A stretch of DNA of 64,000 nucleotides, from the IMG/VR virus record IMGVR_UViG_3300032524_000070. One strand, written 5' to 3'. Below the pieces are notes generated by a model. That model made no database searches and was not told the DNA's origin. It saw only the letters and a program-made list of their open reading frames with translations. Shown here piece by piece: positions 1 through 10,500 of this stretch (position 1 is the first letter of the stretch; every line of letters starts with the position of its first letter). Origin of the DNA: a virus. The translations under genes were made by a program, and so were the position numbers.

Positions 1-2
1 GG

Positions 3-980
3 TGGTCCATCAACAAGCAGGGGCAGGCCCGCGTCAACCTCTCCGGGCCACCCACGGGCTACGGCCTCGACATGGCTGTCGCTGGTGGGATGCGACTCGC
101 CGTGGGGGGTGGGCTGGAGCTGCTGCTCAAGGGTGGCATCCACATCGGCACGCTGTCGAAGAACAGCCTCCGGCTCCGTAGCGAGCAGGGGCCTCTCATT
201 CTCTACGGCGGCGGCTCCGACCGGGGTGATGAGAGCACTCTGGAGCGCCTCCAGGGCACGAACGGCGGCGAGAGTGGCGTGCCGAGCGTGGACATTCACG
301 CCAGGACGAATGCCAGGTTCCGGGCCGAGAAGCAGATGCTTCTGAAGGCCGAGCAGTTCGAGACCAACGCCAAGGCGGTCAAGGTCATCGGCCACGACCT
401 GATCGAGGTGGCCACGTCGAAGCAGCTCTCGGTGGCCGCCGAGGACATGAAGTTCACGGCCAGCGGCAAGCGAACCGACAACTTCACGGGTCCGAAGCAG
501 CTCGATTCAAGCAACGGAGCCCTACACGAGCGGAGCTACACCCCGAACTTCTCCGGTGTCGTGTGCGAGGAGGTCAACTACGAGTCGGGCGACCGTGAGG
601 AGACGTTCCAGAACGGCAACCACACGACGAGCATGGTCATCGGGGACATGACCTACGAGACCGACCAGGGCACCTGGAAGGCCCGGTCGGGACAGAACAG
701 CCAGGAGGTCAGTGCCGATGGGGTCATCGGCACGGCCACGACCGGGAGCGCGAAGCTCACCGCGACGGCCGGAGCAGCGGTGATGAAGGGCTCGACCTCT
801 GTGCTCGTCGAGGCAACGGCAGGGCCACTGACGCTCAAGTCGTCCAGCTCCATCTTCTTGCAGTCCTCCGGGAATGCCCCGGACATCGGTGGTGTGCTCT
901 GCGCTGGCTCGCTGGAGCCCTTCACGAACCTGCCCTTCTCCACATGGGGCCTCGGTGCCGCAGGAGTGGTGGTGTCCTGA
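3..980 (+). CDS. Baseplate central spike / gp5-VgrG-like protein, C-terminal part (5' truncated by window edge)
   Basis: Frame is open from position 3 (WSINKQGQARVNLSG...) through the ORF-track 72..980. Short beta-strand Gly/Ser/Thr-rich repeats resemble a beta-helical spike. It lies upstream of the baseplate genes. Confidence 0.55.
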   Translation, partial: WSINKQGQARVNLSGPPTGYGLDMAVAGGMRLAVGGGLELLLKGGIHIGTLSKNSLRLRSEQGPLILYGGGSDRGDESTLERLQGTNGGESGVPSVDIHARTNARFRAEKQMLLKAEQFETNAKAVKVIGHDLIEVATSKQLSVAAEDMKFTASGKRTDNFTGPKQLDSSNGALHERSYTPNFSGVVCEEVNYESGDREETFQNGNHTTSMVIGDMTYETDQGTWKARSGQNSQEVSADGVIGTATTGSAKLTATAGAAVMKGSTSVLVEATAGPLTLKSSSSIFLQSSGNAPDIGGVLCAGSLEPFTNLPFSTWGLGAAGVVVS

Positions 981-1558
981 TGGCGTTGACCCGTGCCCTC
1001 TACTACGCCGACATGGTGGCTCTGAAGGGGGCTGGCCTGTTCGCGTTCGATGGCGTCCCCTTCGATGACCTGGCACAGAGCGTCGCGGCAGCGATGATGG
1101 CCTGGGGGCCGACCGTCCAGCTCAAGGGGCAGGCGGTGGGTACGGCCGGGGCCGGGACCATCAACACGCCCACCAGCAAGGTCATCCTCGCCCCCAACCC
1201 TCCGGTGGTCATCGCGGGCCTGGCCTCTGCCGGGATGGTCGGGCCGCTGAGCATTGCCCTTGGCACCGTGGTCGGTCAGGCCTTGGCGAAGACCATCTCG
1301 ACCTCCGGTGGCTACTCCGGTGCGGTCGTGGGGGTCGGCATCGGTGCCGACGTGTCGAAGGTGACCGTGGCGGACGAAGCAAAGCTCTACAACACCCTGC
1401 TCATCCTGCTCGGCACTGGACCGGCGGCCTCGATGATGGCCCGGGGCCTGGCCACGGGCATCTCGAAGCTGCTGTTGACGGCCACGGGCGCGGGTAGTGT
1501 TGTGGGCTCCCCAAGTACAGCCCCAGCAACGGGCACCTCTACCTCGGTGATGGTCTGA
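980..1558 (+). CDS. Gly/Ala-rich virion protein, possibly spike-tip associated
   Basis: ATG at 980 overlaps the upstream stop (TGATG). MALTRALYYADM... is 192 aa with high GC3. It follows the spike-like gene. Confidence 0.6.
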   Translation: MALTRALYYADMVALKGAGLFAFDGVPFDDLAQSVAAAMMAWGPTVQLKGQAVGTAGAGTINTPTSKVILAPNPPVVIAGLASAGMVGPLSIALGTVVGQALAKTISTSGGYSGAVVGVGIGADVSKVTVADEAKLYNTLLILLGTGPAASMMARGLATGISKLLLTATGAGSVVGSPSTAPATGTSTSVMV

Positions 1559-4500
1559 TGGGAATCGAGTTCACAGGTCACGTCCTGCGGGCTCCCCGGG
1601 TCGCCCCGGGGAACTCGACGACATCGAGCCCTCCGGCGAACGGGGTGGTTCGAGACGTTCGGGTGCCCCCGGCTCGGACAACCACGGCTCCTCTCATCGT
1701 GGACTTCGCGGGTGACCAGTATCGGGCCGCTGTGCTCGAAGGCCCCGGCACCTCCCCGCATGAGTATCTGGTCTGGACCGCCGTGTCCTCGCAGCTCGCC
1801 CTGGTCGATGACGCGAGCTGGTGGATGGCGGATGGCACCGGCAGCATCCCAGCCGGAGTGACCTTCAAGGTCATCGTCACGGACGACGGTGGGCGAGCCA
1901 TCGGTCGGGTGACCCACCTGGTCATCTCCCGTGGTGACGTGGCCCACGTCGATGAGGGCTGGGTGGACGTGAACAACCCGGCGGCAGGCCGACTGGGCTC
2001 GCTGCCCTACTACGTCGTCGTCCCTGCGGTCGTGGACCAGAACCCGGTGTCCGGGGTGGTCACCCTGACCGACGACAACGTGTTCACGGCCACGGGAGCA
2101 GCCCTGGTCCCCAGCACCCTCGCGGCCTTGTTCGGGGGTGGCCTGTCCATCGAGCGCGGCGATGTCGTACAGGGTGTGCGCTACACCTTGTCGGCAGCCC
2201 GCTTCTGGTGGACTCGCAACGACCGCTACGAGACCCGCTTCGGCTGGAACGGTCGCCTTCAGCGGTGGATGCCCTACAAGGGATCGGCCCCGGTCAACCT
2301 CGGCCGACTCCTGTTCGATGAGTCGTACCGGATCTCGCCTCCCCTCAGCAACCTCCCTGTGGGCTCTGTGCTGCCGGGGAATGCCCTGGTGGGCGACCAG
2401 TACGCCATGCTCCGGCTGGGCTCGTCAGCAGGGGCTCTGAGCCTCCCAGTGGGTGTCTCCGACCCCGATGGGTTCGAGGGTGTGCAGGTCGTCGCGGATG
2501 CCGACGTGGCGACTGACTACGACTTCTCCGGGTCCGCTCGGGCAGCGGTCGTGGGTCAGACGACGGGCATCCTCCAGTTCAACCCGCTGTTCATCGAGGA
2601 GCACGCGGGCAAGGTCATTTGGTACGTCTACCGGAGCTTCGCGGCGGCCTCGACCGGCATCGTCGGCACCCTCATCGCCCCCGATGACCTGTTTCTTGCC
2701 CCGGTGCCTGGTCCGACCGACTATCCCTTCATCCGCATCAACAACCGGACGCCCCTGACCGTGACGCTGGCTGTCGATGAGGCAGCTCTGGCCGCTTTGA
2801 CGTTCGGCGAGGGTTCGTGCGGTGTGGCCCTGACGACGGGACGGCTGAAGCTCTCTCAGACAGACATCGACAAGGCAGACCCAGAGAAGCTGGCGACCTT
2901 CGACAAGCACTTTCTCGGGGCGAGCATCGTCTACGACGGGGTGGCCCTCAACGCGACTCCGCAGCCGACGAAGGGGCCTCGACCTCTGGTGCAGCTCGAC
3001 GGGGTGACGACGACGGTGCATCCGGTCGAGCCGATGTACCTGCCCGCTGCCCTCCCCTGGCCGGAAGACGCAGCAGGAGGGCTGTACGCAGGGCTCGGCC
3101 TCTCCGGTGTCATGCACATGCCGGACAAGACCGGAGCGGTCCCCGACCCGGAGGGGGTGAACCCCGCCATCGTGGTAGTCCCGGTACGACCGGGTGGTGA
3201 TGCCTTGCCCCCGCCTGGTGGTGGGGTGCCTCCGCAGACCATCGGGCTGATCCGCCAGATCGAAGACGGGGTGGGTGACACCATCCTGTTCTCGAAGGCC
3301 GGGGCCATCGAAGAGCTGATCGTGGTGGACCGCAACAGCGAGCTGCCGAACTTCCCGTTCGATGTCCCCGGCGGGGTGGCCTACATCGCCCGTGAGGCAA
3401 CGACGGTGGCAGGGGCTCCGCACTCAGCGGTGCAGCTCGGGTCGGAGACACGGACAGCGTTCGCTGGTCAGGATGTCTACTTCCTCCAGGCGTCGTTGAA
3501 CCCCTCGACGTACACGGAGACGGCCGCCCTCTACTCCAAGAGCCGCATCGTCTTCCGGTTCGACGGCACCGAAGTCCTGTACTTCGCCAGCGACGGCACC
3601 GGCCACGACTGGCACGCCAGCTCCTTGCCCGCGCAGGACTTCTACACAGCAGGCGAGGTGGCTGCCTCCATCCAGGCCCGCATCACCGCACAGGCAGGCA
3701 CAGCGGTCTGTCGAGCTGCTGGTGACCGGGTGGTGCTTGAAGCGGCTGACCCGGACGTGGGCTGGATCGAGATCGGCTGGGGCTTCCCGAAGGACTTGAG
3801 CGGGGCGGCGGCCCTCGGATTCTTGCCGGGCTGGCGAGCCCTGGGTGGCCAGCCGAACTGGCTGACCGATGCGGGCGTCTCGATGGGCTTGTCCCGGAGC
3901 TTGCTCAACCTGGACCGCAGCAAGCCAGACGCGGACTACCTCGCGCAGTACCGGCTGTCCGATGTGGTGGTCGCCTCGTCCGTGCAGGGGTCGCCCTTCG
4001 TGTTCTTCGACTTTCCGCCCGTCGAGGACGTGGCGGGCTTCGATGAGGGGGTGTTCTTCAACCTCCAGACGATGGCACTCAACGGCGACGACATCCGCAT
4101 CGTGGACAAGCGGCTGGGCCACTACGCTGAGATCGAGCATCGCTTCGCAGAGGGCAAGTTCTCCTGGCTGGACAGTGCCACCTCATCGAACCCGGTCATC
4201 CAGCGCACCTCATCCGTCAACCTGGGGCACTCGGCGGTCGTTCCAGAGACGCTGCTGGGCGCTCCGGGCATCGGCGGGGGCTTCATGGCTGCCGAGGATG
4301 CCGGTCAGTACGTCGTCCAGCGTCAGGGCGTGGACTACCTGATCACCGACGACGGCCTCTCCGGCACCACCCAGCTCATCACCCGCTACGGAGCACGGGT
4401 GGACTTCGGAGCCCGTGGCACCTACGCCCTCGGTGGCACCACCTTCGAGGACCCAGACGCGAACTTCTTGGCGGCGATGCAGCCTGGTACACGCCTCAAG

Positions 4501-7500
4501 CTGTCCGAAGGGTCGTACTTCGTCGATTCCATCACGGATGGGACCCACGTGGAGGTCTCTCCACCCTTCATCTCATCCTCGACTCGCCCGACCCCGTGGG
4601 AGGCGTTCGCAGGGTTCCCCGACAGCGTTTACGACCCGGCCATCGTCGCCGACCAGGTGTTCAAGCCCTTCGACCACCTGCCTGATGAGCCCTTCCGTGT
4701 CCGCGTGCTCTCGCCGCTTGGCATCATTGTGATTGCGGACTTCACGGCAATCGTGGAGGACGCGAACACCAGTGGCCGTCCCGTCAGCCTCCGGTTCGGT
4801 GCTGTAGCTGCTGGTCCTGGTCTGACGGCCACGCTCTCGCCTTTGACGTTGACCACGCTGGGGGTGTTGGCGAACAACCTGCTGGTGCTCCCCAAGACGA
4901 CGCACGTTGCCGAGGCGGCCTTCAGCATCCGGGTGGGCACCGTCCTGTACGAGCAGGCCGCCGGGCTGCTGCCCGTGGCGAGCTTCACGGCTGACCCGGT
5001 GGCGGTGGAGTACCTGACGGCTGATTGGGACGACGGCACGGTGGTTCACCCCGCTGGCGAGCTGAAGTTCAACTCGGTGTTGCTGGTATCGCTGGAGTCC
5101 AGTGCGGTGGTGCTGGTCGAGGAGCTGCGGGCGTCCGCCAACCTGACGGCGGGGACGGCTGAGTACGACGCGAAGACGGGGGCTATCCGCATCGCGGCAG
5201 CGGACGTGACGACCCACACCGGGGCGCAGCTCTACTTCACCGAGCAGATGATCACGCGGAAGCCGGGGGCCGACGTGGCGATCAGCCCGATGGTCGGTGC
5301 GGTATCGTTCCGCAAGCCCATCAACAAGGGCAGCCTCGTCGAGATCGAATACTGGCTGGCCGACTCCGAGGGGCGTCGCGTCGGCACCCCGGCGGATAGG
5401 ACCATCGAGTTCTTGCCTGTCTTCGTCCGCCGGGAGGCAGCGGTCAGGCTCACCGACCACGAGTTCAACCTCGACCCGCTCGGCGAGCACGCCATCGACA
5501 CCCGCATCAAGCCGGTGGTCTACCTGGGGCCGAAGCAGCAGAACTTCGGCAAGGTGGACTTCACGGTGGACGCCCCGGCCAACCTGCTGGGGCAGCGGCT
5601 CTCGTTCAACCGGGACCTGGCGACGTGGATCGTCCCCGAGGTCAGCTACGCCGTGTTCGACGCACTGGGCGGCGAGCGTGCCTTCCAGACATCGCAGAAG
5701 CCGGTCTATCGACCCCCCTTCTTCATCAAGGCGGGGATGGACAACTTCGGGCTCCGGGGCAACCGGGCAGCGGACTTCGAGGTCGGTCAGATGCTCCGCA
5801 TCGGGCCGGAGTGCTTCTACATCACGAAGATCCGCTACTTCGCTGACCCGGACACGACTCGGTTCGACATCTACCCCTCCACCGTGGGCGAGGTCGGCTC
5901 TCGTTCGCCCGGCAACGATGTCCTGACGCTGGTGACGGCTGGCCCCATCACCCCGACGCTCGATCCTGATGGGCTTGCCCCGATTGCTACAGCAGCCCCG
6001 GCGGGGTTCATGCAGGAGATCGTGCTCACGGACTTCCCGTTCGAGCCGGTCAACGCGAAGCAGAACAGCATCACGTTCATGGGTGACCTCACGGCCTTTG
6101 CCGTGCCCGGTCACATCATGGAGATCGCTGGGCTCCCCTTCACCATCGCCTCTGTGTCGTTGAGCGATGACGGCACCCGCACGAAGCTCATCTTCACCAG
6201 CCCCTTCCGGCTGGCCATCGACCCCACGGGCGGCCCCACGGTCAGGCTCTCCTACCGGCCGGTCTACCCCCCGGAGGTACGCCAGCTCGTCGGGGTCGGT
6301 CCCTACGTGGCCTCTGAGGGGGTCGAGCTGACGCTGTTCGGGGAGTTCATCGAGGGAGTCGAGCAGCCGGGCCGTCAGCTCGCAGAGGGCACGGAGTTCG
6401 AGATCGACCCGGAGACGGGTGCAGTCCAGTTGCTTGCCCCGCTGCAAGAACCTCTGGGGCCGAAGCAGAAGCTCCTGCTCTCGTTCACGAAGATTCGGGT
6501 CATGGAGCCCTTCTACTCGGGCGGCCAGGTGCAGTTCCCCCGGTGGGCCGCTCAGTACAAGCACGCGGTCTTGCCGAATGAGGACAACGGCTACTTGGGC
6601 GGCACGCTGACGGCCCGGTACACCTTTGACAACCCCGACTCCTTCTACTTCCGGGCGCTCCCGCTCCGTAGCTACCTCGGCGAGGCGGTCACACAGGCGG
6701 TCGCCGAGATGCAGCAGGGGCAGGCCTCTGGTGGCCCACGGTTGTCGTCCCCCGCAGGGACCAACAACTGGCAGCAGGGCAACGTCGGCCTGGCGTCCCA
6801 GCGGCGGGACTTGCTCGACAAGGACCGGGCGGCCCGCAGCCTCTTGACCTTCTACAACAACGCCGTCGTGGCCTTCGAGCAGGTCGAAGAGGCCATCACC
6901 GGCAAGTTCATCGGTGACCGGGACGGCAAGTTCCGCTTCTGGATCGGTCGGGGTGAGGAGTACGCCCCGCCGGGCTACGAGGACGACTACACGGGCGAGC
7001 TGAACCCCTCAATCGTGTGGAGCAGCGTCTTCAACGCGACTGACATCACGCGGGACATCCAGTTCCTCGTCACCGATCCCCTGGTGCGACCGACTCTCTG
7101 CACGATGGTCGATCTCCAGTTGTTCGGGGAGCCCCTCGGGGCCTCTCAGCTCCGCGACTTGATGGATCAGCAGCGTGCGCTCATCCGCAACGACGTGGAC
7201 GACGTGGTGCTGCTGGCGTCATCGACCCCCCGCATCATCACGACCAACGCACCTCCGTACTTCACGGTGGAGTCGGACGGGACGTTCGCCAAGATGGGCT
7301 CGGCCCACAGGTACTCCCGGCTGTTCCCGACCACGACGGAGGTGTTCTTCACCCTCCTGCCGGGCATCGAGGCCGACGTGGCGGGTGCTGGTGACGTGGG
7401 CTCCTACGCCTGGAACCGCATCACGACGACGGGGACAACGGAGTCCACCTACCGGGCTCCCATCGGCCAGGTCGGCAACCCCGTCATGGGGGCCATCGGC

Positions 7501-10500
7501 AACATCTCCGAGAAGGTCCTTCAGATGCGGCTCCCGCGAGCCCGCATCCTGAGCTACCACCCGGAGGGCCTGGACAGCTCAGCCTTTGGCATGGCCGTCC
7601 CGCTGCCCTGCTTGGTCATCTCGGCCGTCCCGCTGGCGGACCTGCCGATGGACCCCGCGACGGGCTTCCCCGACGTGAGCCGATTCTTGTCACAGAACGT
7701 GACAGGTGACACGGCGGACGCCGTGGCAGGCGACCCGATGTTCGCGCTTCCGGGCTTCGAGGCCGGTCAGAGGGTCGGCTGGGGTAAGCCGGACGGTCGG
7801 CTCCTGGCTGCTCTGTTCCCGGAGGAGGTCGATGTCTTCGGGTCGAAGACGTACACGGGGCTCTTCGTCAACCAGGTGCTCTACGGCTGCGTGCTGACCT
7901 TCAGGGACCGCCAGGGCAACGCCATCAGCGACCCGAACCAGATCCTCGTGGGCACCTCGCCGACGAGCGGCCTCGCTGCACACATCTTCGGCCTCATCGA
8001 GTCCGACACCATCTACGTCCTCCCGCCGGACACGGCCAACCCCATCAGCGACCCGGCCACTGAGTCGCCGACCATGGCGAACCAGCAGCAGGCAGCCCTG
8101 CTCTCTCCGGCCTTCCGGCAGGGCTTCGACCTGGCGGTGGACACCAGCGGCCAGATCAAGGATCTGTCGCTCCCGTCCTGGGGCGACCCCTCCCTGTTCC
8201 CGGTCAAGGAGCTGCTGGGGCAGAAGACGCCGGAGCCGATGAGTCACCTTGAAGGGGTGGTGGACTTCGCCAACGTGGACCAGCTCCCGCTGCGAACGCC
8301 TGCGCTGCTAGGCAACCCGCAGGACGACGCGGGCGACTACGCCATCCCCTACATGAAGGGCACGAACACGGAGCTGGCCCGGTTCGAGCAGGTCACCAAC
8401 GTCATCGGCCCGCTGATGGCTGCCGATGCTGTGGACGGGGGCTACTTCCCCGATGAGATCCTGTTCGTGGACGGTGAGGTCCCGGCAGCCCCGGTGCTCA
8501 TCGCCGGGCTCAACTACCGCGAACCCGCTGCTCTGATGACGCCGACGAAGACCGACCCTGCTGCAACGCTGGGTGTGGCTCCGGGCCGTGAGGGTGACTT
8601 CCTGCTGGTGGAGGTGAACGCAGGGGCTCCGCAGGGCTACCAGGGCATCCTGACGGTGGGTGCCCTGCGGAACGTGAACACGGGTGGGGCCGACTGGTCG
8701 TGGATCGAGCCGCCACGCTTCGTCACGCAGGTCAACCAGGGCTCATCCATCCGGTACCTCCTGGCCCTCTACGCCGTCCACACGACGCCGGGGAACTACC
8801 CGTTGGACCCGCAGGTCACCGACCCGCCGGGCGTCCGGCTCTTCGAGGACGTAGCGGGCAACCGCACCATCCTCTCGTTCCAGGACGTGGTGTTCGGTCT
8901 CAACGACGGCAACGCCATCAACACGGGGAACCTCAACACCATCCTTGCTGCTGATGTGGACAACGTGGTCGAGGTCCAGGTCTTCTCCCGCCCCGATGAC
9001 ACAGCCGTCGATGGCCCTGCTGGTCTGGGCACCTACACGAACGTCCAGAAGGACGGGCGCGACATCATCCGGGTCTTCCTCCGGTCGGGCTTCGGTCGGG
9101 TCATTGACTACCTCGGCAACGACACCGGCTGGATCGCCCATACCGGCGTGACCATCGGCGGCTTCGACGCCCTCGGTGGTGAGCCTGCTCCGGGCACCGT
9201 GGCAGACAACCGGCACATCATCATCAACGGCTGGGCCAGCCTGCCCCTGACGGCTGGAGTAGGACAGGAGGCCGACTGGTTCCTGCCCTACGACCTGATC
9301 GACCCCGGTGGTCCGAACGAGCGGAAGATCAGCAAGTACGGCTTCGAGTTCGGCGTGTCCATCAACACCCTCGGGACAGGGGAAAGCACCTCTGCCTACA
9401 TCGACGCTGACCGCCTGACCTTCCACGAGGTCGTGGACTTCCGTCTGGCTCGCCCACGGGGCTTCGCGCTGACCAATCCGAACGGTTCCCAGGTCTACGA
9501 GACGGCCATCAGGGTCGGGGAAATCACTCTGGGCGGGGCGGCCTTCTCCACGATCAACGACGTGGAGGGTACGACCATCACCATCAGGAGCCGGGACGGC
9601 TCCACGACGAGCATCGAGGGCACCTGGAACCCTGCGGCCTCCCCAGCCGAAGAGGGCTCCATCCGGGTCATGGGCTTCGAGTACAACAGCGTGGCGATCA
9701 CGGCCTCCGACGTGACGGCCTCGGTGGTGGCCTCGCAGACCACCGACCCTTCCGGTTCGGACATCCTGGTCGGTGACGGTTGGGCAGAGGCGGACCGGAT
9801 CGACAGCATCGTGGCTACGTCCGGCGACATGGACAACGTCCAGAAGGGCGATGCGGTCTACATCGACCGTTCGGCCACGGCCCTCCCGGATGCCGCGACG
9901 GCAAAGGCGGGGACGTACATCACCCGGTACGTCATCAAGCCGACTGCCGGGCCGAACTTGTACCTCCCGGTGACCAAGAGCAGCTACGCAGGCACGGGCA
10001 ACGGCTTCATCACCACGCGGTTCCCTCGTGTCCTGTCCCTGGACGTGCTCCTTCAGCGGTTGGAGATCGACGACCACCTGATGCTCCCGGCCACGGGCAA
10101 GCTCTTCATCGCCATTCGTCCTGCCGACCTCAACAGTGCGGTGGCCGGGACCTTCCAGAAGGCTCTCTTCAGCGTGGACTGGACGGCCTTCGACCTCGGT
10201 GGTCCGAACCCGAAGCTCGTCCTAGGGGCCTTCGACACCTGGCGGTGGGCTGACGACACCCCGATTGGGGCGAGTCTCGCGGCCATTGCCTTGCTGATCT
10301 CCACCGCCGATGTGGCCAGCCGCCAGATGTCCTGGCACGACAACCCTGTGGCGGGGCCTGGAGCTTCCGCATCCGGGTCAATGCAGGTGAACATCAGCGT
10401 CCGGGGCGGGGACCTCCCGGACGATTCTTCCGTCGTCGGCCACCACAACATCGGTGGTGGTGCGACGGATGCTGCCTACGGCTTCCACGGCATCACCTAC